Positions 1 to 9,451 of a DNA stretch of 64,000 nucleotides are shown here, in pieces; the stretch's first letter is position 1, and every line of letters starts with the position of its first letter. Both the position numbers and the translations under genes were made by a program. Under the pieces are notes generated by a model. It was given only the letters and a program-made list of their open reading frames with translations, did no database searches and was not told the origin of the DNA. This DNA comes from an uncultured archaeon (GTDB lineage: Archaea; EX4484-52; LFW-46), in the NCBI GenBank assembly GCA_902384675.1, contig CABMCT010000031.1:3425-67424 (forward strand), written 5' to 3'.

Positions 1-316
1 TCATGTTTGTAGTAAGAAGGCGGACTCCGCAATTTATGTCGTACCCGATTCCTCCGGGCGATATGACCCCTCCTTCTTTCGGGTCAAAGGCAGCAACTCC
101 GCCTATCGGGAATCCGTATCCCTCGTGCGCATCCGGCATTGCCAGCGCATGTTTCTGTATTCCCGGGAGGCACGCGACATTTGATGCCTGCTGCAGGGTT
201 TTGTCAAGCTTTATTTTTTCCATCAGCTTGTCGGAAGCAAAAACAATGTCAGGGACATTCATTTTGCCCTCTTTTTCAATCGACCATGAAAAATCGTTTA
301 TGCGGGTGAGTTTCAT
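1..316 (-). CDS. rtcB: tRNA-splicing ligase RtcB, N-terminal part (gene continues beyond window start)
   Basis: Minus-strand translation from ATG at 316..314: [34 protein letters not shown]...[54 protein letters not shown], the conserved RtcB N-terminus. Absent from the ORF track because it runs off the window. Confidence 0.8.
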   Translation of the reverse strand, partial: MKLTRINDFSWSIEKEGKMNVPDIVFASDKLMEKIKLDKTLQQASNVACLPGIQKHALAMPDAHEGYGFPIGGVAAFDPKEGGVISPGGIGYDINCGVRLLTTNM

Positions 317-706
317 AGAATCACAAGGAATATTTGGTGGAGAAGGTTTATAACGAAATGAATTATGGCGGGAAATGCTTCGACATCACTTTTTATACCC
401 TCGCGCTAAACTATATTCGGCAAATGATGATACTGACCTACTCTGAAAAAGGATGAAGAGAGATGGGCGGACTGATGCCAAACTTCCACAAAAGTTTGAT
501 CATTGGTGTGACATTCGCTCGCGCGAAGTCACATATTCTCGCGATTTTGAAGCCCTCCGGGCTTCACGCTTTTTTGGTAAGCTTGCCAAAAAAGCTAAAA
601 TCACTCGACTTTGTGATTTGGCTCTCAGAACCCATAAGAAATCATTTCGCTGCCTGTCGATGGCTTTTCTGCATTTTTAAACTTTGGACGCCAATTAAGC
701 GCAAAT

Positions 707-1582
707 ATGGCTTCTGAAAAGCATGGGACGGATGGAAAAGCTCCAGATATTGCGGATTCAAGAATATCAAATAATCGAAATTTAGAGAGCTTGAATTCGC
801 AATCTATTCAATCGCGTAATATCACAAAGACTAAAAAATGTGCGATTGAATATAACCAAAATGAGGCGGCAAAAAAGAAGACACATACGCCGTCATGGAG
901 CGTTTCAGGCATGATTCTTGGAGTTGCGGGAGCCTTGTCAGGCTCGCCAAAAGCCACTTCTTTGAGGGCTGATAACAAGGCGCCTTTAGTCAGTACCGTC
1001 AAAAACAACCCGCGATATGATAAAAGCGTTATCGAGCTCATAAAATCGGACATGAAGCAGCATCGGCAGGCGATTATAGCGGCTTCTGCTGTTCTTTTTG
1101 TATTGTCCGCAGTTTTCTTCTATAATTATATGCGGGCAGGCATTGTTCTTCTTGCGCTTACCGGGATGGGCGCGGTTTCGCGTACCTGGCAGCGCTTCTT
1201 TCCGCTTTCATTCGGTATCGAGTTGGTAATGCTGGCAACAGTGATTTCCGGGGTAGTTTATGGAGCTCTGGCAGGCGCTATTGTGGGCATTGTTTCGATG
1301 GTCTTAAGCACGCTTCTGACGCAGGAAGACCCCGGGAAGATGTGGCCTGCATTTGCAACAATAACTCTTATAGGGATACTTTCCGGAACGCTTCCGATAG
1401 CGAATATAGCGCTCTGGGGCGTTATTTTCACTGTTGTGTACGATGCAATAATTTCGGCAATATACATCGCGACCGGGTTCAGCCCCATTAAAACCCTGAT
1501 TTTTGATGCCACTCATATCGCTTTTAACTATTTTATCTTTTATAACCTGGCGCCGGTGCTGATGTCGATTGTCGGGCGGTAA
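707..1582 (+). CDS. Polytopic membrane protein, start uncertain (C-terminal 180 aa strongly hydrophobic)
   Basis: ORF 291 aa; multiple TM-like stretches from ~1050 on; the N-terminal 110 aa is hydrophilic and may not be translated. Confidence 0.45.
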   Translation: MASEKHGTDGKAPDIADSRISNNRNLESLNSQSIQSRNITKTKKCAIEYNQNEAAKKKTHTPSWSVSGMILGVAGALSGSPKATSLRADNKAPLVSTVKNNPRYDKSVIELIKSDMKQHRQAIIAASAVLFVLSAVFFYNYMRAGIVLLALTGMGAVSRTWQRFFPLSFGIELVMLATVISGVVYGALAGAIVGIVSMVLSTLLTQEDPGKMWPAFATITLIGILSGTLPIANIALWGVIFTVVYDAIISAIYIATGFSPIKTLIFDATHIAFNYFIFYNLAPVLMSIVGR

Positions 1583-1621
1583 ACTAAAACCTATTTAAAA
1601 CTTATCGTTTAAACATCACGC

Positions 1622-1954
1622 ATGGCAACAGTTCATTTGACTTCGGATAATTTTGAGGCAGAAGTCCTGAAAAGCAAGATTCCGGTAATAGTTGATTTCT
1701 GGGCAAACTGGTGCCCTCCATGCAAAATGATGGGGCCGGTTTTGGAAGAGCTTTCAGGGGATAAAAAGTACCAGAACAAGCTCAAATTCGGCAAGCTTGA
1801 TACGGAAGAAGCTCCTGAAATTGCAGGCAAATATGGAATCGTAAGCATTCCTTCATTTCTTCTTTTCAAAAACGGCGGGATAAAGGCGCAGATTGTCGGG
1901 GCGATGCCAAAAGACGCATTTGCAAAAAAGATAGACGAGGCTTTAAAGAAATAA
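1622..1954 (+). CDS. trxA: Thioredoxin
   Basis: 110 aa, WCPPCK redox motif in thioredoxin-fold context (FWANWCPPCKMMGPVLEEL). Confidence 0.9.
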   Translation: MATVHLTSDNFEAEVLKSKIPVIVDFWANWCPPCKMMGPVLEELSGDKKYQNKLKFGKLDTEEAPEIAGKYGIVSIPSFLLFKNGGIKAQIVGAMPKDAFAKKIDEALKK

Positions 1955-1997
1955 AGCTAGGTCTGCCTTATTTATTCTTCCCTATTTAGTTGATATT

Positions 1998-2792
1998 ATG
2001 CTTTCTTCAAATCATGGCACACGAGTGCCAGGCTTTCCAGACCCGCGAGAGTCTGGAAAAGATAATGCGCGCTATTCCCGCCAGATTGCATTCAATAAAA
2101 TCGGCCAAAAAGGGCAGGAAAAGCTCTCCCGCGCAAAAGTCGCAATTGTGGGCATGGGAGGACTTGGCTCTGTAATTGCAATGATTCTTGCAAGGGCAGG
2201 AATAGGATATTTGCGCCTGATTGACCGGGATGTTGTCGAGCCGGACAATCTGCAGAGGCAGGTCCTATTCGACGAATCCGATATATGGGCGCCCAAAGCT
2301 CATGCATCCAAAAAAAGGCTATCTGCGATAAATTCAGGCATTAAAATCGATGCCATCTGCGGGGATTTGAACGGGAAGAACACAAAAAAACTGCTCTCAG
2401 GCGTTGACCTTATTCTTGACGGGACAGATAACATGGAAACCCGAGTGATAATAAATGAATTTGCCGTCAAAAACAAAATTCCGTTCATTTACGGCGCAGC
2501 AGTCCGCGATAAGGGAATGGCAACATTAATAATTCCGGGGAAAACACCGTGCCTCAAATGCATCTTCAGGCGGGTTTCAGGCTTAGGAATGGATTGCGGC
2601 AGCTTCGGGGTTCTTCCAACAGCTGCAGGACTCATCGGAACAGTAGAGGCCAACGAAGCAATAAAACTCATCTGCGGTTTTGGAAAAACGCTTCAAGGAT
2701 TGCTCTTTTATCTGGATTTGTCGGAAAACAGGTTTGATGTTTTGGCTATTAAAAAGGATAGAAAATGCGGGATTTGCGGGATATGTAGATAA
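1998..2792 (+). CDS. ThiF/MoeB/HesA-family E1-like adenylyltransferase with C-terminal CxxC pairs
   Basis: VAIVGMGGLGSVIAMILARAGIGYLRLIDRDVVEPDNLQRQ Rossmann/E1 signature; CLKC...CGIC Zn motif. Confidence 0.85.
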   Translation: MLSSNHGTRVPGFPDPRESGKDNARYSRQIAFNKIGQKGQEKLSRAKVAIVGMGGLGSVIAMILARAGIGYLRLIDRDVVEPDNLQRQVLFDESDIWAPKAHASKKRLSAINSGIKIDAICGDLNGKNTKKLLSGVDLILDGTDNMETRVIINEFAVKNKIPFIYGAAVRDKGMATLIIPGKTPCLKCIFRRVSGLGMDCGSFGVLPTAAGLIGTVEANEAIKLICGFGKTLQGLLFYLDLSENRFDVLAIKKDRKCGICGICR

Positions 2793-2849
2793 AATTGCTT
2801 GAAATGCTTTAATCTCTCTTTCTTGTAAATATATATCTTTCTTTTCACA

Positions 2850-3299
2850 ATGTCGTACATGCCCATAGATATTGAAGAGAAAGGAGATAACAAAATTGTG
2901 AGAATTATTCTTATTTCGCTAGGCATCGTGGCGTTTATCTCCGTAGTTTCCAGTTCTTATCAGATAATGAAGGAAAACAATTCCGATTTGCTGAATAATT
3001 GCATCGAAAAGTATGCTCCAATGCTTCTGAACGGCAGCAGTGTTGCATCAAAAGAAGAAGGAGCGCAGCTTCTTTCGGATTCTGTGGGAGGAAGCTTTAC
3101 ATTCTCATCCAATACAGTGGAAGCCTGCGATCCATCCTATACGGGCTATGTTTATCTGTCACAGGATAAGAAGAAGTATATCGTCTGCGGTGACGGGAAA
3201 ATATACTCGTCCGAGAGTTCCTGTACCAATGACGGAAAAGTCAAGAGCTTTGTATCTACCCTTATGGGAGCCAGGAGTAGTGAGATAAAAGTCAAATGA
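2850..3299 (+). CDS. Hypothetical membrane-anchored secreted protein
   Basis: 149 aa, one N-terminal TM (IVRIILISLGIVAFISVV), Ser/Cys-rich ectodomain. Confidence 0.45.
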   Translation: MSYMPIDIEEKGDNKIVRIILISLGIVAFISVVSSSYQIMKENNSDLLNNCIEKYAPMLLNGSSVASKEEGAQLLSDSVGGSFTFSSNTVEACDPSYTGYVYLSQDKKKYIVCGDGKIYSSESSCTNDGKVKSFVSTLMGARSSEIKVK

Positions 3300-3326
3300 T
3301 CTATTAAACCCGGTTAGAAACTAAAG

Positions 3327-4028
3327 TTGTGCTATTGGATATATATTTTTCTTTTTCCAATTCTCTTTTGCAGTCGTATGAGAGCAAAAATGACAGACAA
3401 GGCGGTTGCCCTTATTTCAGGGGGCATAGACAGTGTTGTTGCAGCGTATTTGATACAGAGGCAGGGCGTCCAGATTATACCTATCTATTGCGATAATTCT
3501 CCTTTTTCCGGGGAAACCACAAAAAAGCGCGCTTTAGATGTAATAAAACGGCTTGCGACGCATGCTTCAAAGCCTCTTAGGACATATATCGTTCCGAACG
3601 GCGAAACCCAGATTGCTATCTTAAAGAATACCCCGCGAAAGATGACCTGCATTTTTTGCAGGCGGACAATGCTTAGGATAGCGGAGAAGATAGCGAAAAA
3701 GGAGAAGGCAGGCGCGGTAATAACCGGGGAGGCAATGGGGCAGAAAGCGAGCCAGACCCTTGCCAATATGCTCGTTACAACAGAAACTATAAGCTTGCCG
3801 GTATTGCGCCCTCTTCTTGGGCTTGATAAAATAGAAATCGAGAAAATAGGAAAAGAAATAGGCACATTTGAATTATCAATCCAGCCTGCGGTCTGCTGCA
3901 CAATTACTCCTGAAAAACCATCCACTGCTGCGGATTTAAGGGATATTCTTGAGATTGAGAAAGATTGGGATTATAAGAAAGTGGTTGATAAGGCTGTGAA
4001 GGAAAGCACGGTTGTGGAGACAAGCTAA
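3327..4028 (+). CDS. PP-loop ATP pyrophosphatase, ThiI-like sulfurtransferase domain, short form without THUMP
   Basis: ALISGGIDSVVAAY PP-loop (SGGxDS); ITGEAMGQKASQTLANM and LRPLLGLDKIEIEKIGKEIGTFE resemble the ThiI C-terminal domain. Probable start at the internal MRAKMTDKAV. Confidence 0.7.
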   Translation: MCYWIYIFLFPILFCSRMRAKMTDKAVALISGGIDSVVAAYLIQRQGVQIIPIYCDNSPFSGETTKKRALDVIKRLATHASKPLRTYIVPNGETQIAILKNTPRKMTCIFCRRTMLRIAEKIAKKEKAGAVITGEAMGQKASQTLANMLVTTETISLPVLRPLLGLDKIEIEKIGKEIGTFELSIQPAVCCTITPEKPSTAADLRDILEIEKDWDYKKVVDKAVKESTVVETS

Positions 4029-4035
4029 ATACGTA

Positions 4036-4368
4036 TCATTCGCCCATTGCTTCTTCTATGGGTACTTCCCGCGCTTCTGTGAAGTTCCATATCCCGAGAA
4101 ATTTCTTCTGCGCGAGTTTTTTGAACTGTCCGTTATCGATTTGCTTAAGGTTGTTAAGTATTTCATCAAAATGGTTTGCCTCGAAGGTTTCGGAATTGCT
4201 TGCCGAATCAACGAATTTATGGACATCCTGCCCTGCTTCTGTCTCTATTACAAGCTCTGCAGATATCCTTTTGTCTTTTTGCATTTTTGAGACTACTTTA
4301 ATCTGCTTCCCATCCTCTGTCGAGAAAATTACGAACCTGTGGAACTTTTCCCCTGCATTGATATCCAT
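4036..4368 (-). CDS. Hypothetical protein
   Basis: 110-aa ORF, no recognisable motif. Confidence 0.5.
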   Translation of the reverse strand: MDINAGEKFHRFVIFSTEDGKQIKVVSKMQKDKRISAELVIETEAGQDVHKFVDSASNSETFEANHFDEILNNLKQIDNGQFKKLAQKKFLGIWNFTEAREVPIEEAMGE

Positions 4369-4376
4369 AAAATCTC

Positions 4377-4574
4377 CTATTGTTTACCTGCTCCTGCCAG
4401 CTTGGCTCCGGCTTTTCTCATATCATCTATTGCTTTCTTCTTTATATATTCCCGCCATTCTTCCTCGCTTACATTCTCGGGTTTCCCTTTTACTGTTTCT
4501 GCCTTCTTCTGGTTAAGGCTCTTTTTTCTTCGCTCGTAGTCGTCATCCATGATTTTGTCGATGAGAATGGCCAT
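4377..4574 (-). CDS. Small basic hypothetical protein
   Basis: 65 aa, Lys/Glu-rich. Confidence 0.35.
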   Translation of the reverse strand: MAILIDKIMDDDYERRKKSLNQKKAETVKGKPENVSEEEWREYIKKKAIDDMRKAGAKLAGAGKQ

Positions 4575-4692
4575 GGATGTATATTGTGCCGAAAAATATA
4601 TTAAGCTTATAAGAATTCAAAAAAATCATGGCACTCGTATGTCAAGCTTTTCATTCCGAAGAAGTTGATGAATGAATAAAAATTAGCGGCTC

Positions 4693-4736
4693 TATAGAGA
4701 CAGTGAAGAAGATTTTATCTCTATAGAGCCTAAAAA
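4693..4736 (-). terminator. Perfect 13-bp-stem hairpin followed (minus sense) by a T-rich tract; likely terminator of the pilin-like gene
   Basis: ggctctatagaga...tctctatagagcc inverted repeat immediately 3' of the 4756..5223 gene. Confidence 0.45.
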
Positions 4737-4755
4737 CTCTTTAATATTTTTTAGT

Positions 4756-5223
4756 TTAGCAGGTTACTCCTGGTCCTGCCGTCGTCGGGTCGCATGTGAA
4801 TGAGATGTCATAGCCGCCGGGGGTTGCAAGCCTTATTATCTTGGTTTGAGCCACGCTCGGGAAGCTTACATTTGTATTTATTGTCAAAACCTGGTTTGGC
4901 GCAAGCGACTGGCCGCTAAAACCCGTGATTGTTGCAGCCTGGCCGTTCAAATAGTATGCTGTTCCTGCAGCTCCAAGGTCCACTGCCGTTGTTCCCGTGT
5001 TTCTAAGGGCGATCGAGATGTTTGAAAGCGAGTTATTCCACATGGAATCCGCTTTAAGGGATGTCTGGGCCTGCTGCTGTATTTGGTTGACTCCCTGGGT
5101 TCCTGTATCCTGGGCACCCTTTTGCAGACCGCCTACCCACATGTAGGCTAATCCCGCTGCTGCAACAGTCATCATGAGCAGCAAAACAATCGCCACAACC
5201 GCCGTTATTCCTTTTTTTCCCAT
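4756..5223 (-). CDS. Archaeal type IV pilin-like protein (class III signal peptide)
   Basis: MGKKGITAVVAIVLLLMMTVAAAGLAY: short charged N-terminus followed by a hydrophobic helix; Thr/Gly/Asn-rich body. Confidence 0.7.
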   Translation of the reverse strand: MGKKGITAVVAIVLLLMMTVAAAGLAYMWVGGLQKGAQDTGTQGVNQIQQQAQTSLKADSMWNNSLSNISIALRNTGTTAVDLGAAGTAYYLNGQAATITGFSGQSLAPNQVLTINTNVSFPSVAQTKIIRLATPGGYDISFTCDPTTAGPGVTC

Positions 5224-5324
5224 TTTTAATCAACTCCATTTTCATTGGATTAAAAAGCTTTCTGCGTTAGCAGAATGATGTATTTCACCTAATTTATTGA
5301 GATTTAACGCATGATTGAAAAATA

Positions 5325-5882
5325 TTAGCACCATGTTTGCGAGGATGAAGGTATATCGCATTTGTATGGGACCTCGGTTCCCAAATCTGTTACTATTTTT
5401 ATTGTTTTAGGATTGCCTACCGTAACAAAATTCTCCTGTGTGTTTACGGTGGTCACACCCCCTGGCGAAAGACCGCCATCCGGATTATAAGTGGGGATAG
5501 TTGTTACCGGGACCCCATTAGCATACAATGAAAATTTTGATACATCTGCAAATGCATATGAACCAGTATTTCTAAGTATAAATGAAATTTTTCCAGCGTC
5601 ATTCCACATCGAATCTATGTTTAGTTTTGCGCCGGTTCTCGCCTGATTTTTATTGAGGTCGTCTTGTGCATTGATCTGGATGCTATTTTGCGTATTCATA
5701 ATCCATTTGTAAGCTAATCCCGCTGCTGCAACCGTCATCATGAGCAGCAGGACAGTTGCAACGATAGCAGTTACACCTTTTTTCGGGACACGCCCGAAAA
5801 TCCGTTCGCTCCACTCTCGGCTTTCCAAGCTTAGCTTGGAAAAGCTTGAAAATCTATGATGATTTTCATGATTTCTTTCCAT
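5325..5882 (-). CDS. Pilin-like paralog; annotated N-terminal 33 aa are read through a dispersed-repeat copy, true start uncertain
   Basis: KKGVTAIVATVLLLMMTVAAAGLAY is identical in core to the 4756 gene; upstream MERNHENHHRFSSFSKLSLESREWSERIFGRVP is encoded by repeat-element DNA (5790-5882). Confidence 0.6.
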   Translation of the reverse strand: MERNHENHHRFSSFSKLSLESREWSERIFGRVPKKGVTAIVATVLLLMMTVAAAGLAYKWIMNTQNSIQINAQDDLNKNQARTGAKLNIDSMWNDAGKISFILRNTGSYAFADVSKFSLYANGVPVTTIPTYNPDGGLSPGGVTTVNTQENFVTVGNPKTIKIVTDLGTEVPYKCDIPSSSQTWC

Positions 5883-5914
5883 TCTTTAACCCCGAACTAT
5901 TGATATGCTTTAGT

Positions 5915-6217
5915 TTATTTATTCTTTATTCCTTTTTGTTCTATCCTTACTAAAAAAATTGATATCAATAGCAGTGCTCCAAGAGTTAACATTTGGAAAA
6001 ATACGCTTACGATAGACAACGTTAGCCCGTTAAACTGTACCGCTGCGCCGACGATAAGTGTTGCAGAAATAATGACCACCGCAAGAGCCACAGCAAGCAT
6101 TGCTTGCATACTATCCGATGTTTGAAGCTTTGACTTATTGGTTATGCGAATCACAAAATCTCCTTTCCATATTATAGAACTAGCGAATATATATACTTTA
6201 AGGCTGGTTATCCGCAT
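5915..6217 (-). CDS. Small membrane protein (2-3 TM)
   Basis: 100 aa, hydrophobic. Confidence 0.4.
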   Translation of the reverse strand: MRITSLKVYIFASSIIWKGDFVIRITNKSKLQTSDSMQAMLAVALAVVIISATLIVGAAVQFNGLTLSIVSVFFQMLTLGALLLISIFLVRIEQKGIKNK

Positions 6218-6285
6218 GCGATATTCGATTAGCCGAACATTCGGCTAATCGAAAAGCCTAGAGCGACAGCGAAAGGATACCCCGA

Positions 6286-8052
6286 TTATTCGTAATAAAC
6301 GCCTTTTTCTTTCTGCTTTGTATCTTTCTGAGAATCCGGCTTATTTGCCCTAGGCCTTCCGGATTCTGTTTCTCTCCTGAATGTTATATTCAAGTCTTTC
6401 AGAAATTCATTCATGCCTTCTTTGAGAGCTTTTGGCGCATTTGCGTGCCCTTCTATGGCGGCTTTGCCGAAAAAGATAATCGAGCGGTCGGAAACGTAAT
6501 GGAGAAGAAGCATGTCGTGGTCGATAATCATGCATGTTTTCTGGTTTGCCTCGACAAACTTGCGCATCATTTTTGCGAATTTCACTCTCTGCTCGACATC
6601 AAGGTACGCAGACGGCTCATCAAGCAGGTAAAATTCTACATCCTGCCCGAGGCATATTGCAATTGCAACTCTTTGCAGTTCTCCTCCCGAGAGGCTTGCA
6701 ACCCGGTTATCAAGCAATCCTTCAAGCTCAAGCGGGCGCAAAATTTCCATCTTGAATTCCTGCGAAAGGAATTTCTTGACGCTTCCTGAAAGCAGCTCGC
6801 CGACAGTCCCTGAAAAATCGCTTTTCAAATATTGCGGCTTGTATGCAATCCGCACGGTTTCGGCGAAATCAACATTGTCCGGCTTTACTTCCCCGGCAAG
6901 CATTTTTGCAAACGTTGTTTTTCCAAGAGCATTCGCCCCGAAAACACCGACTATTTCCCCAGCCATAAGCGAGCCGGCATCCACTTTTAGCGAGAACCCC
7001 GAGTCCATGAACTTTTTCCGAAATTCAGGATAGCTTACAACGCTGTACTTTCCCTTAAAAATCTGGCCTGCTGTCCTGAAGTCAAGTGCCTCCTGCCTGA
7101 ATCTTATATTCTCCTCGCGTATGAATCCGTCAAGATATGTGTTTATGCCGCGCAGGGAATGGTATGGCGCGGAAATAATCCCGTAAACCCCTGCATGGCC
7201 GTATACAAGATGCACGATGTCTGCAAGAATATCCAAGGTTGCAAGGTCGTGCTCTACCACAAGAACTGCTTTCTCTGCTGCAAGTTCTTTTATCGCTTTT
7301 GCAACAATGACACGATGCCTTACGTCCAGAAAAGACGACGGCTCGTCAAAGTAATAGAAGTCCGCATCCTTGCATATCGCTGCGGCAATTGCAACTCTTT
7401 GCAGTTCTCCTCCCGAGAGGTCTGCTATATTTCGCAAAAGTATGGATTCTATCTCAAGCTTTTTTGCAATATCTGCGAGAACTTTTCTTTCATCTTTTAG
7501 TAAGTCAGATACTTTTCCGTTTATACTTGCAGGAATTTTGTCGACCTGCTGCGGCTTGTAAACTGCCCTGATTTTTTTGTCGCGCAAATCCTTAAGATAA
7601 GTCATCAATATGCTTCCTTTGAATTTTGCAATTATTTCATCCCATTCGACACCCTTATCGAAATTTCCAAGATTTGGTTTTAGATTCCCACTTAGAATTT
7701 GTAATGCTGTAGTTTTTCCTATTCCGTTTGCGCCAAGAAGCCCGACCACTTTTCCTTTTTCAGGGATGGGCAGGCCATAAAGCCTGAACGAGTTCTTGCC
7801 GTACTGGTGGATGGGGTCGCTTAATTCCTGCTCTATGTTGATAATTGTGATTGCATTTTTAGGGCACTTTTTTGTGCAGATTCCGCATCCGACGCATAGC
7901 TCCTCCGCTATGTAAACCTTCCCGTTCTTCTCGAACACCGTCTCATCGCCGGTTCTTACTCTTGGGCAGAATCTGATGCATGGCTTGTCGCATTTATCCG
8001 GCCTGCACTTCTCCCGGTCGATGACTGCTATGCGTTTTGGCATACAAACCAA
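6286..8052 (-). CDS. abcE1: ABCE1 / RNase L inhibitor (ribosome recycling factor)
   Basis: 588 aa; N-terminal 2x[4Fe-4S] (CRPDKCDKPCIRFCP, CVGCGICTKKCP) plus two ABC cassettes (Walker A GANGIGKT and GANALGKT, LSGGELQRV signatures). Confidence 0.95.
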   Translation of the reverse strand: MVCMPKRIAVIDREKCRPDKCDKPCIRFCPRVRTGDETVFEKNGKVYIAEELCVGCGICTKKCPKNAITIINIEQELSDPIHQYGKNSFRLYGLPIPEKGKVVGLLGANGIGKTTALQILSGNLKPNLGNFDKGVEWDEIIAKFKGSILMTYLKDLRDKKIRAVYKPQQVDKIPASINGKVSDLLKDERKVLADIAKKLEIESILLRNIADLSGGELQRVAIAAAICKDADFYYFDEPSSFLDVRHRVIVAKAIKELAAEKAVLVVEHDLATLDILADIVHLVYGHAGVYGIISAPYHSLRGINTYLDGFIREENIRFRQEALDFRTAGQIFKGKYSVVSYPEFRKKFMDSGFSLKVDAGSLMAGEIVGVFGANALGKTTFAKMLAGEVKPDNVDFAETVRIAYKPQYLKSDFSGTVGELLSGSVKKFLSQEFKMEILRPLELEGLLDNRVASLSGGELQRVAIAICLGQDVEFYLLDEPSAYLDVEQRVKFAKMMRKFVEANQKTCMIIDHDMLLLHYVSDRSIIFFGKAAIEGHANAPKALKEGMNEFLKDLNITFRRETESGRPRANKPDSQKDTKQKEKGVYYE

Positions 8053-8093
8053 TAGGTGTTAAAGTATTTAAAATCCCGCTGCAATAAACTTCT

Positions 8094-8624
8094 ATGCCAA
8101 AAATTTCTGTTCAAAAGCCAACGCGATTGATACACCACAATCCGGTCTGTCTTGTGACTTCAAAATCCGATACTGTTGAGAACGTATTTACAGCTTCGTG
8201 GGTCATGCCTGTTTCAAACAACCCGCCGATGGTTGCGCTCAGCGTTGCAAAATCTCGTTTCTCGTATGGGCTGATAAAGAAAAGCGGCGCGTTTGTGCTT
8301 AATATCCCGAACAAATCAATGCTAAAAGAAGTCATTTACTGCGGCAGCGTCTCAGGCAGGGACAAGAACAAATTCGCGGAAATGAAGTTCCAAAAAGAAA
8401 TGTCGCCCCATGCAAATATCCTGCTTTCAAAATGCATAGCATATCTTGAGTGCAAAGTTACCAAAGAAATCGAGGTGAGCGATCGCACTATTTTTATCGC
8501 GGAGATTATTGCAAACGGTGTCCAGAAAGGATTGTTTGAAAACGACAAATGGATTCTTTCGGAAAAATCGGAAATACTTCTTTATTTGGGCGACGGGAAA
8601 TACTGCACAGTTAGACCGGTTTGA
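8094..8624 (+). CDS. Flavin reductase-like FMN-binding protein
   Basis: VCLVTSKSDTVENVFTASWVMPVSNNPPMVALSV split-barrel flavin-reductase signature. Confidence 0.75.
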   Translation: MPKISVQKPTRLIHHNPVCLVTSKSDTVENVFTASWVMPVSNNPPMVALSVAKSRFSYGLIKKSGAFVLNIPNKSMLKEVIYCGSVSGRDKNKFAEMKFQKEMSPHANILLSKCIAYLECKVTKEIEVSDRTIFIAEIIANGVQKGLFENDKWILSEKSEILLYLGDGKYCTVRPV

Positions 8625-9324
8625 ACGCTTCTATAACGACAAGCTCTTCCCAATCAAACTTCTGCCGCGCAATTGCTTTTGCTGAGAAACCGATTTTTTT
8701 GAAGTGCAGCAGTGTTTTTTCATAGCGCGAAAGCGAGGATTCCAACAAGATTATTTTTCCGTGCGGATTCAGGAATTTTGGCGCGTCTTTTAAGAATCGC
8801 TCAATTATTTGCCTTCCGTCTTTTCCGCCATCAAGCGCGATGTTTTTGTAAATCGGTTCATCAGGCAGATACGGCGGATTGAAGACAATCAAATCAAATT
8901 TCCTCTCACTTGCGTTCGAGGCTTTTGAGGATTTTCCAGCTTGTCTGGAAATCATGCCTTGCGGCAAGCTTTTCAACCTTCGGTTGAAAAAGCCGAGAGT
9001 GTAACGAACGGACTCCCTATTCCTCAAAATTCCTTTTACATTCGCGAATAAATCGCTTTTGTGAAATTCTGCATTTTTTATTTTGTTCTGTTCGGCATTT
9101 TCTTTTGCGCACTTTACAGCTTCCGGGTTTATATCAACTGCAAGAACATGTTTCGCTTTCTTCGCTAAAACCAGCGCGATAATTCCGCTTCCTGTTCCGA
9201 TTTCCAAAACATTTTTCCCTTCTAAATTCAAATTCTGGAGCGCAGAAATCAGGAGAAATGTGTCTTCGGCGGGCTCGTAGACGTTTCCTGAAGTTTGGAT
9301 TTGAAAACCGTAAAGTCCGAGCAT
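8611..9324 (-). CDS. HemK/PrmC-like SAM-dependent methyltransferase (NPPY) with an in-frame ~37-aa repeat-derived insertion
   Basis: VLEIGTGSGIIAL motif I and LIVFNPPY motif IV. Segment ESVRYTLGFFNRRLKSLPQGMISRQAGKSSKASNASE between them is encoded by a dispersed-repeat copy (8915-9015). Confidence 0.8.
   Translation of the reverse strand: MLGLYGFQIQTSGNVYEPAEDTFLLISALQNLNLEGKNVLEIGTGSGIIALVLAKKAKHVLAVDINPEAVKCAKENAEQNKIKNAEFHKSDLFANVKGILRNRESVRYTLGFFNRRLKSLPQGMISRQAGKSSKASNASERKFDLIVFNPPYLPDEPIYKNIALDGGKDGRQIIERFLKDAPKFLNPHGKIILLESSLSRYEKTLLHFKKIGFSAKAIARQKFDWEELVVIEAFKPV
8915..9015. mobile_element. MITE-like dispersed hairpin repeat copy inside the hemK-like CDS
   Basis: 84 bp identical to 32819-32902; contains hairpins gcttttcaacc/ggttgaaaagc and ttccag/ctggaa. 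Confidence 0.7.
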
Positions 9325-9451
9325 ACAATCTCCTAGAATATCATGCCTTGCGGCAAGCTTTTCAATCCAGTAAATCCTTTCACTTCGTTCTAGGCTTTTT
9401 AGCCCAAAGTGAAAGGTGAATGGCTAAAAATGGATAATGATTGAAAATGAG

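Noticed and set aside
3-353. Plus-strand 116-aa ORF at window start
   Set aside because: Non-protein-like composition; the opposite strand encodes a textbook RtcB N-terminus.
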